A DNA stretch of 55,664 nt, the filler included, from Platydemus manokwari (Eukaryota), in NCBI GenBank assembly GCA_037951405.1. It is 5 parts of 5 records of this genome, joined end to end, with 100 filler letters (N's around TTAATTAATTAA, not from the genome) between each part and the next. Parts side by side here need not be neighbours in the genome. Positions count along the whole stretch, not along the records: positions 35,005 to 44,179 come from JBBMOY011287872.1; positions 44,280 to 55,664 come from JBBMOY010712207.1; 3 more parts are not named here. The stretch is one strand, 5' to 3'. Shown piece after piece: positions 38,001-50,746 of this stretch. Made by a program: the position numbers and the translations under genes. How positions within the stretch are numbered: position 1 is the first letter of the stretch; each line of letters opens with the position of its first letter. The notes under the pieces are model-generated. The model searched no databases. It had not been told where the DNA came from and was given only the letters and a program-made list of their open reading frames with translations.

Positions 38001-39290
38001 AAATTATTATGAGCAGGTTACTGTTTTTAATTTCACCATGTGCCTTGCTTCCTCGCTTATTAGGTTAAGGAAATTTCATTTTTTAAAAGAATACTGATAG
38101 AAATATTTTATTGAATAATATTTTCAATAGTCCTTTTATTTCTCTTTCTATTTCAAAGTCGTGATTATATAGCTAAGATTTACTTTTCCACTTTACTAAG
38201 TATTTTTCAGATGATATTTTCTTATATTTTTGCTACCCATTCCTTAAACCACTGTATTAGTGTTCATCCACTTTTCTTTCGTTCATTATTAACTTAAAGT
38301 TACCAATCCACCACTTCTTTTTTCCAAGTATCAATTTTCGTCATTTATTAAGTATAATGTTATATTATTTCATTCAATATAATTTCATTGTTTCTTCTAG
38401 ATGATAATACCAAAAATGATTCTCTCCAAATGTTTCTTCTTTAACAATATTCTTTCCTAAGTTGAAATTATTTTATCACCTTAAATTTCCCAATCTTGCC
38501 AATAAATTTATCTGTTACTATTTCAAGTTTTATGTGTCTTTCTTCCCTCTTGTTTCCATAAATCTATATTTTCTACTTTTCTACTTTTGTCGTTATTTTC
38601 ATACTCCTATTAATCTAATACCCCTATTCAGTAATGCTGTCTCAATTATAGTTGCTATATTTGAGCTTATATATTCAGACTGTAATATTTGTAAAATAAT
38701 TTTAATTCTCTCCCCCTCACTTATATCGTCTTGATTTTTTCATCAGTTTAAAATTATTATTCCTATTTCTATCCACTTATTATTATTTCTATTTGTTTCG
38801 TCCATTGCGATTCTGACCGTGCATCTTAATGTGTTTATGTTATGTCTATTTTATTGTCTTATATCGTACTATTCCCATAATGTTTTGTCATTAATTATCA
38901 TTTTTGGTTTAGCCAAGTTCTATAAGAAAATTTCCTAATTCATCATAAAACTCATATTCGTATACATGCACTGAATGCTTATATCTAACACAGGACTTTG
39001 AATTTTGTTTTATTATTACTTCGACCTTTTAATTTTTGTTTCTCCTTAATGATGACCTTTATAACTTCTGGAAATGGTAATATTCTTCTTTTTTTCGTCT
39101 CATCTAAGTCTATTCTAGTTTTTATTTCTGTAAATTCATTATCAACTCTTTCATTATTACTTTTAATTACTTCCTCATTATCTTTAATTTCATAGATATC
39201 TATCACACTAGTTTTAGGATACTCTAAATTATCCGACAATTTCTCCTTACTTTCACCACTATTGCAACCCTTTACTTCATTCTATTTAAT
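35005..39290 (-). mobile_element. Heavily decayed Ty3/Gypsy retrotransposon internal region (boundaries approximate)
   Basis: RNase H at ~37020-37250: KPFIAITDANNET*GPVLRQ..VIAFTSQSLKGAEKNYFIIENECLAIIFVLK..GTEIIMKKDYKSL. Integrase zinc-finger remnant at ~36770-36900 (YWDNMS...KQCSICA after frameshifts). The order RNase H then integrase is Gypsy-type. Many stops and frameshifts; strongly A-rich coding strand. Confidence 0.85.
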
Positions 39291-40277
39291 CTACGATAGC
39301 CAGAATTATCATCATTGGCATATTTTCTATTTCCAGCTAATGTAGGTATAAGGTGTATAATCCTTTTGAAATAATAATCATTCCATTGTCATTTCATCAC
39401 CATTTAATGCAACATATTATTTTTAAAGTTAAAATAGCATTAATAATTAATATATTATTGCGACTTCATTCTTGTCTTCGTGTAAGAGATTGTACGTCCG
39501 AGGTTAATATAAAACAATATAATCTAAATTTCAATATGTGTTACCAGATACTGATAAGACGCAGTATTTGTAAAATAATTGATAATAATTTGAATAAGAA
39601 TAAAAAGAATTTAAAATCTGATATTTAAAATCTTATAGTGGACACCACTAAAGTAAAATTCTGTACCATTAAATTAAGTCGAGAATTTATTTAGGTCACT
39701 CAGCTAAAATATCAAAACACGATATCAGGACTAACTAACCATAATGGACCATTATTGAAACAACGAGAAAAAAACGAATTTGTTAATAAGTCAAATTCAA
39801 ATGATACGAATAAGCCATTGATCAAGATAAACACCATTACCATTATTATTAATAACTTGTGTAATTCTTATTTATATAAATTCTTATCTGAAAGTGTTCA
39901 AAAAATTAATAGGCCAAATGAGTGGAATCAAATTTTGCAAAGTGACGTAATCAATATTAATTGAATAACCTCTTGCGTGCAATAGTTGAACTGTCGGATA
40001 CAGATCTCACTTATTGGAAAATCATAGACTAGTGTTCTGTGCAGATATCGAACTTGAAAAAATACCCATCACCATCAGTACATATGATGCATGAAAAAAA
40101 AGCCATCGAAACAGAAAAGGCAAAATATCCGACCACATTTGGAAACCATAGTCTGACAAATGAGAAATCAGAGAATCCAATAAAGGACTATAACACTCGG
40201 CAATAGGAGCCCATCCTGAAAAAAGAGAAGAACTGGAGCATAGGTTTGGATTCTTAAGATCAAAAAACATTTTAGAT

Positions 40278-40950
40278 CATAGGTTTTCAACTATGGTTCC
40301 GTGGAACCTCAGAGTTATGCCAGTACATTCAGGGTTTCCGGAATTTCTAAATTAGAAACAACGAACAATTTTGAAAATCTATTTCATTATTATATTTAAT
40401 ATTAATTATAGTTTAAATATACTAAATTTAATATAATTAAACTTGCTACATTTGAAAGATCACTTTGTTCTACCACTATTAGATTTGGTTTTATATATTT
40501 TGGTTGCTGGTTGAAAAGGAATATCCTGCAATAGCCTAGAAAGTGCTACGGCTTCTTGTGCAATTTTTAACCTGATATTTGTGTGAATTTGGATTTTCAG
40601 CTCCATCAACCATCAAACACAAGACACGAGCATAATTGCTGTCTATGGAAGATGAACTTCGTGTGTGTCTGTCAAAAACACGACAGAATTTTAAATAGTT
40701 GTGCAAAGAAACACCAAGCTCAAATTTCCCACTGAGGTTTTGATAAGTATGAATTCAAATATTTACAATTTTGTTTTCATTTCATCATCAACACACATGT
40801 ACAATACTCTGAACACAAATACTTTTATTTCATTTTATAAAATAAATGCTGTTTTCTGCATAAAACAATTAAATTATTACACAGAGGTTCCTCCAGGCAA
40901 AGGAATGTTTCCGTGGGTTTCCTCTCCAACAAAAAGGCTGAAAACCAGTA
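40278..40950 (+). mobile_element. hAT (Buster/Charlie-type) internally deleted DNA transposon, 673 bp
   Basis: Imperfect TIRs CATAGGTTTTCAAC / GCTGAAAACCAGTA and 8-bp flanks TTTTAGAT / CTTTAGAT (NNNTANNN Buster target, 7/8 match). Transposase C-terminal remnant at ~40575-40736: LCEFGFSA..IKHKTRH..SMEDELRVCLSK..QAQISH*. Confidence 0.88.
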
Positions 40951-41196
40951 CTTTAGATATTTAAATCACTTTAATAATTTAATAGATTTTCATGTTAAAA
41001 AAAAATTTAGTAATTTTATGTTTTCCTTTGTAAATTTTTATAATGTTTTCCGTGTGTCTTTAACCATGGTAATGATTTTTGTGATATTTAATTTGTATGA
41101 ATTATACTAGTTCTAGAGTGCACAAACGTATTGATTTATTTCATATTTTACGAATACTCCACCTATGGATCTGATCTTGATACTTATTGAACTTAA

Positions 41197-41431
41197 CCCT
41201 TTCAATACTGTGGGGATATATAAGTTCCATAGAACGTTCAAAAATTACTGATGCGAAAAATATTCACATTAAACTACTGCAGGGCCATATATGTGTCTCA
41301 AGGCATTTTTTCAAAAAACCATATTCTCTAAAAATCTGAAATTATGTAAATATGTTCCTTGATTTATTTGCAGCACGTATGGTTCAGTTATACACAAATA
41401 TTTTCACTGGCCAAAAGTCGTATTGAAAGGC
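41197..41431 (+). mobile_element. piggyBac-type MITE, copy 1 (235 bp)
   Basis: TTAA on both sides; TIR CCCTTTCAATAC / GTATTGAAAGGC; full-length homologue at 53548-53780 in the opposite orientation. Confidence 0.9.
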
Positions 41432-41855
41432 TTAATAAAGAAACAGCAATGTCTAAAATAAAACACTCACGTTCTTTCTCTTGCTGACGAAAAATTATTT
41501 GAATTTAATGAAAAAAAAATTGAAAAAAACGACAAACTAACCCGATGAGCGGGAAAATTTAGATTTCCTTTCATTTATTTCGAAAAGTTTCGTTTAGAAT
41601 CTCGTAAAAGAACAAAATTCACAAAAATATGAAATCAAAAAAAATGAAAAATCAATACCCAATCATTAAAATTATAAATTTTCCAATACGGTGCTGAAAT
41701 AAAAATGAAACAAAATATCTTACAAATCAGCTAACCTGTTTGGAGGTCGGCATTCATTAATATAAAATTATAGAAATTATCAATAAATCAATTGTGCCCC
41801 ATCAATTGGGCTTGTCGATCTCGTGAATCTCTCTCTAGTATCAGAAGATATGCAA

Positions 41856-43590
41856 CTATGTAGAACAGAATATCAACGATAAATCATGAATCACATCCTT
41901 CGAAGACAAACACGCACAACCACAGCCAGTAGGACAAACAGCCTGGGAACCTGGCCGAGCGAACCATGAGATCATATGACCAACGTGGCCGCCGTGATTG
42001 CATTGTACGCAGACTGAAAACAGTCCACGAACATGCAATCGACAAATCGAACAGATAATCGATGTTTTAATATTGAGATCTTGATTGTGAATGGAAATAT
42101 TTCTAGTGCTACAATCTCCGCATTTCACTGTTAATCGAGTATCATCGATGTACACGGTTCGACATCGATGATCTTGTAGGCAATCTATAATGAAAAATGT
42201 GGATAATTTTGTAAAATAATTTAATTTAAATCAGATGATAAATATTTACGGTCAAATCTGTGCTCCAGTGTTATGTGGGTGTAAAAGGTTACAATGGGAA
42301 GTAGAGTGTCGAACCAAAAATCCTATCAACAGTAAATAATAAGAAGTGGTTTTTAGACTTTATATCAAATGGAAATGACTATTACAAAAAGTTTTGTGAA
42401 TTTTTGCTTCAATCTATATAATGAAGCAATAATAATCCCGGTTTCCCTGGATACTGTATATAAATCTATAAAAAAGTTCAATTTTATAAAACCTAGAAAA
42501 AGTGAATGCTCTATCATGAGGCATGAAATATTTATTATTATTATTATTATTATTAGTCAGATAAAGAAGAATACTATAATGATCATATTTTGTAAGTTCT
42601 TTTTCCAAAGAAATAAACTAAGAAATTAAACGAAAATCATTTCAAGCAGCATTTAGAGAGACATCTTATTTTAGAAAACTTAAACTCAACGGACAATAAG
42701 CATCAATTCAGCATCGCATGAATCTATCAAATCAGAAAATAATTCGCTCGAAGCTCTTAATATCACCTGAATCGAAAATCTATTTTCTTTCTATTATCGA
42801 TCAATAATAATTCATTTCGTTTAATATCGATTAAATTTTAAATTTCACTTATTTCATTGAATCTGATAGACAATTATCACGAGATTTATAAAAAAGCTTA
42901 AATCAGATTAACAGTTTCTTGGTTCGAACGAGTTGTCATTAGTAACGAAAATAAATTACGTGAATCATACTTGTGAATTATTGTTTTATGTAGCTTCTAA
43001 TACAATTTTATAACGAAAGTAGGTCAAAGGACCCCTTTTCTTAACTTAAGCCCAATTTTAATATATCGATTTTCATGGAACAGACAAAATGGCACATTCT
43101 AATTGAAATCGATATTTTCATTAAATTATTATATAGAAATCTATACAAAAATATCAATAATAAATATACCTATATAAATTATTATCGATTATCATTATAT
43201 TGAATAAACAATATTAATGAATTGAAAATCAATGAAAATATAAAATTAAATTCACTTTTTAACAAAATTACAGAAAAGTTGTATTGACCAGAAAAATAAT
43301 TGACAAATGTGCCGGGCATGATTTTCTGAATAATTTTCGCAGCTTTACTCAACAGATTTTGTGCCGCAAGCATGTTCACGTAATGCAATAATATCCGATT
43401 ATATTGACCAAGTCTACTCGGATCAATAAGTCTACTCTCAGAAGAGTGATTCACAATTCATTCACTAATCAACAATATTACCTGGATTGCTCTTTATGAT
43501 GTAGCAATATATCGGCAAACGAATCGGTCTTTCGACTGTTGATTGCATATTCGTTTTCACCGAGACTATTCGTTCGAAATCCTCCTTGAC
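41856..43590 (-). CDS. WDR59: WD repeat protein 59 (GATOR2/SEA3 subunit), 3' exons with the C-terminal zinc finger-RING
   Basis: Exons 43482-43590, 43272-43431, possibly 42695-42766, 42250-42322 and 41856-42184 join in phase. CSICRLHVRGLFSVCVQCNHGGHVGHMISWF...CPTGCGCACL matches the WDR59 ending (CPTGCGC rather than WDR24 CPAGCGH), and RLIDP...Y..ML matches the WDR59 RLLDP helix. The 5' part is missing at the contig end. Confidence 0.85.
43011..43052 (-). repeat. Dispersed ~40-bp repeat, copy 2 (WDR59 intron)
   Basis: Reverse complement ggcttaagttaagaaaaggggtcctttgacctactttcgtta. Confidence 0.65.
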
Positions 43591-44179
43591 CTAGAAAATG
43601 TTAAATCATAGGAACCAATTCTGCCAATCCAATATCTTTAGATCAACATCAATGAAAACATATAATTAGAATCAAATCTTAGAATATTTCAAAAATGTCA
43701 TTGACCGAAAATATTATCATCATTCATAACAAAAATAATAACGATAATTTTAACAATAAAGTCAACAGGATTAAAAATTGTGAGAATTGTAAATAATTGT
43801 AGTTGAATATAAATTTAGTTGTCATGATTTTTCGAAGTTATCAACGGGTGCTTTATGAAAATAATGTAGCGGTCTACACTAATTGTTAGTGGACAAAATT
43901 TCTTCGTCTTTAAATTTATAATTCAAAATTCATGTTTTCAACAAAAAATTTTTAATATTTAAAATTTATTTCCATCTCATTTTTCTTCTTTTTAATTCCA
44001 AAGAAATGCTCCCATTTTTATATCACGTCTTTATTTTTTACTTAAAATTACTTTCTTTAAACTTGATAGGTTAACAATAACTTTTAAAGCAAGATAATTT
44101 TATAAACATCAATGTTTATTTTTAATATATATTTTTTTAAATATCGTTTAACACAAATTTTCATAATGTAAATCTGAAT

Positions 44180-44279
44180 NNNNNNNNNNNNNNNNNNNNN
44201 NNNNNNNNNNNNNNNNNNNNNNNTTAATTAATTAANNNNNNNNNNNNNNNNNNNNNNNNNNNNNNNNNNNNNNNNNNNN
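44180..44279. other. Artificial contig spacer
   Basis: Same 44 N + 12 + 44 N structure. Confidence 0.97.
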
Positions 44280-45031
44280 CATGGGCCGGTTAATAAGCCA
44301 GTTAATGGACTATTAAACATATTAAATATAACCAAAGGATTATAATAAAATATATAAATATAAGCTTACAATTATTTTGATTTTGGTTATTCATTAAAGA
44401 TTGTTTCATTATTATTATCATCGTAATTATTATTATATTAAATATCTTATAAAACTAATCGAACATATATAATTCATAAAGATTATGTTGATGAATTGTT
44501 ATAAAAATGAATTATAATTTTGTTTCAAAACATTTCCATTATTTTACAAATTTCATGACACTTTCTGATTTTGTTCAGATCATGGCGCATATCTCTCTCT
44601 CAATATATACATGATTAATTTAACCATTCAATTCATTCAACCTTTTTACCAGCAATTAGACATGGTTAAAATCCGGTGAACATTTATTGTATCAAATTAT
44701 CTCCAAACTAACACAGAATAACATCAACTCCTGTTATTAAAACACAAAAATATAACACAACATATCAAATGTTGGTCAGTGAAATCAATAATTATAAATC
44801 AAAAAGTCACAAACATTTCATCAAATTGTTTTAATAATATATTTACTTTGAGCGCATAATTTAAATATATTTCAATTTAATTATTAAAAAAGCAAAATTG
44901 CTCGAAATCTCTCTTTAAACAGTTTAACCTCTTCCTTCACTTTTCCAAATTTAATTAAAACAAATTACGTAATTATATATTTTCTAATAATCAAAACTAA
45001 CCATCCCATTACCCCGACAATTATTTCCATC

Positions 45032-46741
45032 CTATTGGTTGACTCCCAACAATTTATCCAGCATATCATAATCAGATTCATTGGTCATAAATGTAAAATC
45101 TTTGTAATAATCATTTTGCATAAATTTCTCGGTTTTATTCGTTTGTTTGAATCGTTTTGTAGGCTGATATAATATTTGAGCGGGTTCAACAATTCCGTTT
45201 TCAAAATTGTCATTTTTTAACACATATTGATGACCGATTATATTAGCATGGTTGTCAAGGGTGAATGTCGATAGGACACCGTCGTTGTCATGGAAATGTG
45301 TTGTCAGTCCTAACGACATTATTCCTTCTTCAAAATAAATTGGCTGTGATGAGATAGATGTGGACTTGCTATTATTATCTGAACATTGTTGATAAACGAT
45401 ATGTTTGGCATCCATTTGACAACCAACTGTGAAATTAATTCTATTAATATTCGATAAAACATTTACGGAAGAATACGAAGCTGGGCTCATCATTGGCATT
45501 GTCCATTGATTGACAGCAATTTGGGGACTTCTAATGTCGACGAGAATCCCATTGAACGTGGAATACAAATAGAAATAATTATCATTGAAGAGATTTGTTG
45601 CATGGTATAGACATTCTGAACGTGATAACGAATCGATTGATGTATTAAACAATTCCAAACCAGATTTAAAAGGATTTATTCGACAATCGTAGAAATAAGT
45701 ATTCGAACGATTCGTTACCATCCAGATTTTCCTCATATCTGTTGATTGGATTTCATTCCATTTATCCATAACAGAAGAATAACAAATCATATCTTTTAAC
45801 CAGATATTCTCCATCCTTGTTGTGTCATAAAGACTGATTTTATCTTCAGAAGTAGTCAATATTTCTTTATCAGTAATCTGACTGAGCTTACAACTTACTA
45901 TTTCTTCCATAGAATTAATTGTGGATATTTTTTCTATATTAACACCATTGTGTAATATCATCATCCTCAAAACAGTAGCATGACTACTCGACCGAATTAA
46001 AATATTACAAAAATCATTATAGCATAATACATCCAATTGGTAAATTGGTTCGTCCTCAACACTTATTTCAAATTCACATATAGGGGTATTTTCCAAAGAA
46101 TTATTCTGAGTATTGTAACGTTTGACTGAAAGCTTTGATAAACTAATACCATCACAATAAACAACGAAAATTTCATTATTTAAAGTTGCCACTTTAATAC
46201 AACCACCACAATACATAGACGATGATAATTTTGCAGCTACAATAGCACTTTCCTCTGATAATAAATCAGAACCTTTTTCAACTAAATACTTCATAAATGG
46301 AGTAACAAATTCTGACATTTTGTATAATTTCTTAAGCGATGAATTGTTGTTATAACAGTCGATAAAGTTCTTCATATGTTCCTTATTTCGTCTTTTCATG
46401 CGTTTTGATTGAAGTTCCAAGTTATGTCGAATATATTTTAATGTGGAAAGTATCTCTTTTCTTTTAGAAATAAATAAATGAGGATTTTTACTCTGATTAT
46501 AGGTTGAATAATTACAATTTTTTAAATAATAAAATGAATTTCCTTTGTATACGAAAGAATTTTCAGAATTAAATTGGCTGAATATATCTAAATTTTTGTC
46601 TATAGCGACATTTCCTAATCTACCATAGTCACCATATAAAGCTCTTCCAGACGAAAAATATTGACTTTCTTTCATAAAAGTATCAGTACCAGTTCTGGAT
46701 AAACGGCCATTATTTATATTCCACCAATCTGCGAAGTTCAT
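45032..46741 (-). CDS. TAF1C: TAF1C-like (RNA polymerase I SL1/TIF-IB subunit, RRN6-like beta-propeller), 569 aa, single ORF
   Basis: Ordered motifs EPIYQL, ILIRSSSHATV, CKLSQ...EI, W..(12)..VTNRS...YDCR...GLELF, GILVDIRSP..VNQWTMPMMSP parallel my recollection of animal TAF1C (GPVRQV, LAVRSDYHCAV, ISLSPH..EL, VGDRT..D..GLLLF, LYLVDERLP..MLKW..LPSP). Not checked by database search. Confidence 0.7.
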   Translation of the reverse strand: MNFADWWNINNGRLSRTGTDTFMKESQYFSSGRALYGDYGRLGNVAIDKNLDIFSQFNSENSFVYKGNSFYYLKNCNYSTYNQSKNPHLFISKRKEILSTLKYIRHNLELQSKRMKRRNKEHMKNFIDCYNNNSSLKKLYKMSEFVTPFMKYLVEKGSDLLSEESAIVAAKLSSSMYCGGCIKVATLNNEIFVVYCDGISLSKLSVKRYNTQNNSLENTPICEFEISVEDEPIYQLDVLCYNDFCNILIRSSSHATVLRMMILHNGVNIEKISTINSMEEIVSCKLSQITDKEILTTSEDKISLYDTTRMENIWLKDMICYSSVMDKWNEIQSTDMRKIWMVTNRSNTYFYDCRINPFKSGLELFNTSIDSLSRSECLYHATNLFNDNYFYLYSTFNGILVDIRSPQIAVNQWTMPMMSPASYSSVNVLSNINRINFTVGCQMDAKHIVYQQCSDNNSKSTSISSQPIYFEEGIMSLGLTTHFHDNDGVLSTFTLDNHANIIGHQYVLKNDNFENGIVEPAQILYQPTKRFKQTNKTEKFMQNDYYKDFTFMTNESDYDMLDKLLGVNQ

Positions 46742-47397
46742 GCAATATAATAATCCAAATTTTAAAAATTATATGGATCGTATTATTTAAACAATTTTAT
46801 TTTTGATAAAATTTAAAATTATTTAAATTAATATAAAAATATTATTTTTAATTAAATTTATTTGAAAAACTTTAAATTAATCTTATAAGATATGAGTAAT
46901 GAGTGTGTTAATACCAAAAATTTCTTTTCAAATCTTTATTTATTTTATAATAACAAATTCCATGGTTAATTTGAAAGTTTTGTATAGTATTTTTATTTTG
47001 TATAGTGAAGGAAATCAAACCGAACTGCATAAATAGAAATTAAAAATAATTAAATTTTTCACAAATTCCATAAATTTTAATAATGTTATATTAAATTTAA
47101 AATAAATTTTTAAAATTTTAAGTAATATTTAATAAATAAATATTATGATATTAATTCGGCCATTTTCTAATAAAGCACTTTAAACTGTTAAGTTGGTCAA
47201 TAAAAAACAATAAAAATTCATCCTTACAATGGATAAATTGGATATAAATATAACTTTTTTACAAACTTCAATAAAAATCGACTAATTGATACAATTTAAT
47301 TAGCTTCGAAAAATTAATACAATGTACATAAAAGTTATAAATTACTACGATATACATTTATACTTTTTTATAAAATTGTCTTTCTTATAATTGTCAG

Positions 47398-47660
47398 AAT
47401 TCACATTTGGATTTGAGAATTGAATTAATCAAAACCCCAACATATCAGCGAGAGCCAAGAAACAAATACCTGAGAGAGTCAGAAGAACTGACATTAGACA
47501 AAGTGATAATATACTAAGTCAGTGAAATTGTGGATAAAATGGTCATGACTGTTTGCTCATTTGAACAGTGGAAGAGGAGAAATGCAGAAGCAGAACTAGC
47601 AAGGCATGCCACAACATTGAACAAACATGTGTTAGGGTTATGCCTTCATAGTGTATTACT
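47398..47660 (+). pseudogene. Possible retrotransposon Gag fragment
   Basis: RNKYLRESEELTLDKVII resembles the R..LL.E.DLTLDKAI motif of Gypsy Gag; in-frame stop follows. Confidence 0.4.
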
Positions 47661-48466
47661 TATGTGAGTACGTCACTTTCGATTAAATCATAATGCCAAT
47701 TCAACATAGTTATTTAAATTAAGGTAAAGTCTTTTTATTTAAATTCAAAAGCACAAAAACTGGAATAATATTCCTCTACTAAAACAACAATATTACACAC
47801 AGTTGGCTACTATAATCCTCTTTAATAAAATGTAAGTATTGTACATATATTAATAATTGTACAGCCATTGCAAATCTCAATAAAAAATTATTACATAAAA
47901 CAAAAATCAATATTTTATCAAGCGGACACATAAAAGAGGTAAGGTTCGGATAGTGAACCCAATTTGTTCTGATAATTTTATTATTTCACTTTCCACTCTT
48001 ATTTACAGACTATCAATGATTTTTGGTTATTTAAATTTTGGACTTTTGAATTTAGAGGTGGTGTTTTATTCATTTCCTCTTCTCATCAATATTCTGATAG
48101 GGAATATTTTCTAGAACCAAGAATTGGGATATTCTTCAGAAATTCTCCCAAGATTCTCCCAATGATTCGTTATCGACTCGTTCAAGTCTTTTCGAGGGCG
48201 TTTTTTCACATCTTACCTCAGTAATTCATTTTTATCACCAAACTTGCTCTTTATACTAATCTACAAATCAGAAGAGAGCAAATCTATGACTATTTACAAA
48301 AATATACTGATGCAGCAAAAGCTCGAAGAAATTTGAGAAACTAATATAATATAATCCCACAGGATCACAATAATTAATCCACAAAAGCAAAACCATATCA
48401 TTGTAATATTTAATTAAATGATTTCAATAGATAATGAGGAAAATTATTTATAGATAAATACTCGAA

Positions 48467-48500
<34 letters not shown>
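48467..48500. repeat. (ATT)n microsatellite
   Basis: Direct reading. Confidence 0.85.
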
Positions 48501-48503
<3 letters not shown>

Positions 48504-50049
48504 TAAATGTTGCTAATATAACAAATCTGTTTATATATAATTGTTATTTTTATTTTCTATTATAAACCTTGGTTATTAAAATAAAGAAATTATCAAAAAA
48601 AGTACACATCATAGAGCTTTAATACGTAATCATTTTATTTGATTTGAGTTTGGTTTGGCTTGCTTATTTTAATTCCAAATCATGACATTTATGCTTTTAT
48701 TGAGTCTGCGTTGTTAAAATAAATAAATATTGGCATGCTATTGATGTGGTATTAGTTTGGTTTAGGTGACGTAAATCACGTAAATGGATATGATTACTAA
48801 AACCTCAATAAATTAAAATGAGGTTACAATTATATCCCAGATTATTAAAGATATTTAAAGATTAATAAAGTAAAATTATCGATATTCAATATTGTTGGGT
48901 ACCAGATCCAATAAAAAATAAGAGGAATAATCAATAAATATTTTTTCAGACATTACCTAAAAATATAACACAAGATGAAAATAGAATTTAAAATATATAA
49001 AAATAGAACAGCAAAATAATAATATCTAAAAATAGAAATGAGAAATAAAAATAGTAAACAAAAACACAAAAATAGATAAAAAAATATAAAAGCGAAACAT
49101 ACCAATGCAAACAAGAAATATAAATAAGACCATCAAAATATTAAAATGTACATCGTGGATTAACGGAAGGACATTTAAATATCCAATACACGTATATTGA
49201 TTTTTCAATTATATTTTCAAATCGATTATTTTGAATCTTACAGCATTATAACTCCATTTCAGAATCAATCCATAATGGGAAATGTTCAAATAAAAAGGAA
49301 TTAAAAATTAATAATACTATAAGAAAACACATTTTCAAGCAGAGAAATTTATAACGAGTAATGGTAAAAGCACTATAATAAAATACCTTTCCGAACGAAG
49401 GGAGAGGGTGTGTTCTATAGTAGCCTTTTTATCACTTTATAGTTACTAACAATATGGTAGACATAAAGATCAATTTCTTACATGCTAATATTATCAAAGT
49501 CCGCTTTTTGATATGATTTGCAATTCATCTCAAATTATTTTCACAAAACAAATCACTGATAATTGATATACATTTTTTCCTTTCGGTTTTATTAGCTCAT
49601 TTGATTTTAAAAGGTAAACATTTGTGGAAAACGAATCTAAAATTTTGTTTGATTAAGATTGTACAAGAGAAACATGAAAGTTTTATTCAATCAATAAGGA
49701 ACGTTATCGACCTCGATACCTTAATTAAAAAAAATAATTTGTTTGCAAATTAATGAGATTTAGTTTGAGTTTGACATTAAAACTATCGTCATAGTTACAA
49801 GGAAAATAACATTTCACAATGTTATTACTCAATAGATTATATTATCAGTGTGACATTGTTACATATTATTTATAAAAATTATATTAATAGTTTTTAAGCT
49901 TTAATTTTTAATTTAAAGAAAATAATTCTGAAACATAATTAAATAAGATACCATAACATAAGATAATTTTACAGTTTAATTATTCATTATTGATGATAAT
50001 TTGATAGGGTATTATTGGGTTGTATATCTTACTTTTTGTTGTTATTATG

Positions 50050-50460
50050 TTCGACTCAACAGCCTGATATTTTCAATAGGAATTTTTTATTATTCCGCAA
50101 ATCAAATAACACATAATTAAATACTCTTTTATTTATGAGAGTACAAATCGATTAACAAAATTAACTCAAAGCAAACTTATTATTTCTATTATTCCTATTT
50201 TCTCTTTTAGAATATTGATCATCATTTCTATTATCTCTGTATCCCGTTCTTCTTATTTTATCCTAATCTATTTCTCTACAACAATCATGATCTTCTTCTC
50301 TATATCCTAATTCTCTATCGTAGTTTACTTCTCTATTTCTTGATTCTCTATTATCTTCTACTTCTCTATATCGTAATTCCCTATTATGATCCTTTTTCTT
50401 GTATCTTTTAAGTGATAGGGCCTTTACTTTTATCTTAAGGATACAGAGCACATACAATAG
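50050..50460 (-). pseudogene. Possible decayed gag-protease junction of an LTR retrotransposon
   Basis: R/E/D/N-rich low-complexity stretch followed in the same frame, through stops, by KKFLLKISGC, loosely like the LLDSGC protease motif. Weak evidence. Confidence 0.3.
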
Positions 50461-50635
50461 AAATTTATATTATCTTCCAGCGTGGTAAATTTATTTCAAA
50501 TAACGGACTATCCAATATATTTTATTGTTTTGCATTGTTTTATTTTATATTTATATTGTAAAAATTCTTTGATAATACTCGATTATTAAATTGAAGAAAC
50601 AACCTTTACCTGTTGGAGTAGTCAGATAAGTTAAA

Positions 50636-50746
50636 GATATCAATAATCTTTCTGATCACAAATAATATCATATCTTTAAATGACTTACTGATATCAATAA
50701 TCTTTCTGATCACAAATAATATCATATCTTTAAATGACTTACTGAT
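50636..50746. repeat. Perfect 54-bp tandem duplication
   Basis: gatatcaataatctttctgatcacaaataatatcatatctttaaatgacttact occurs twice (50636, 50690) with GAT microhomology at the ends. Confidence 0.93.
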
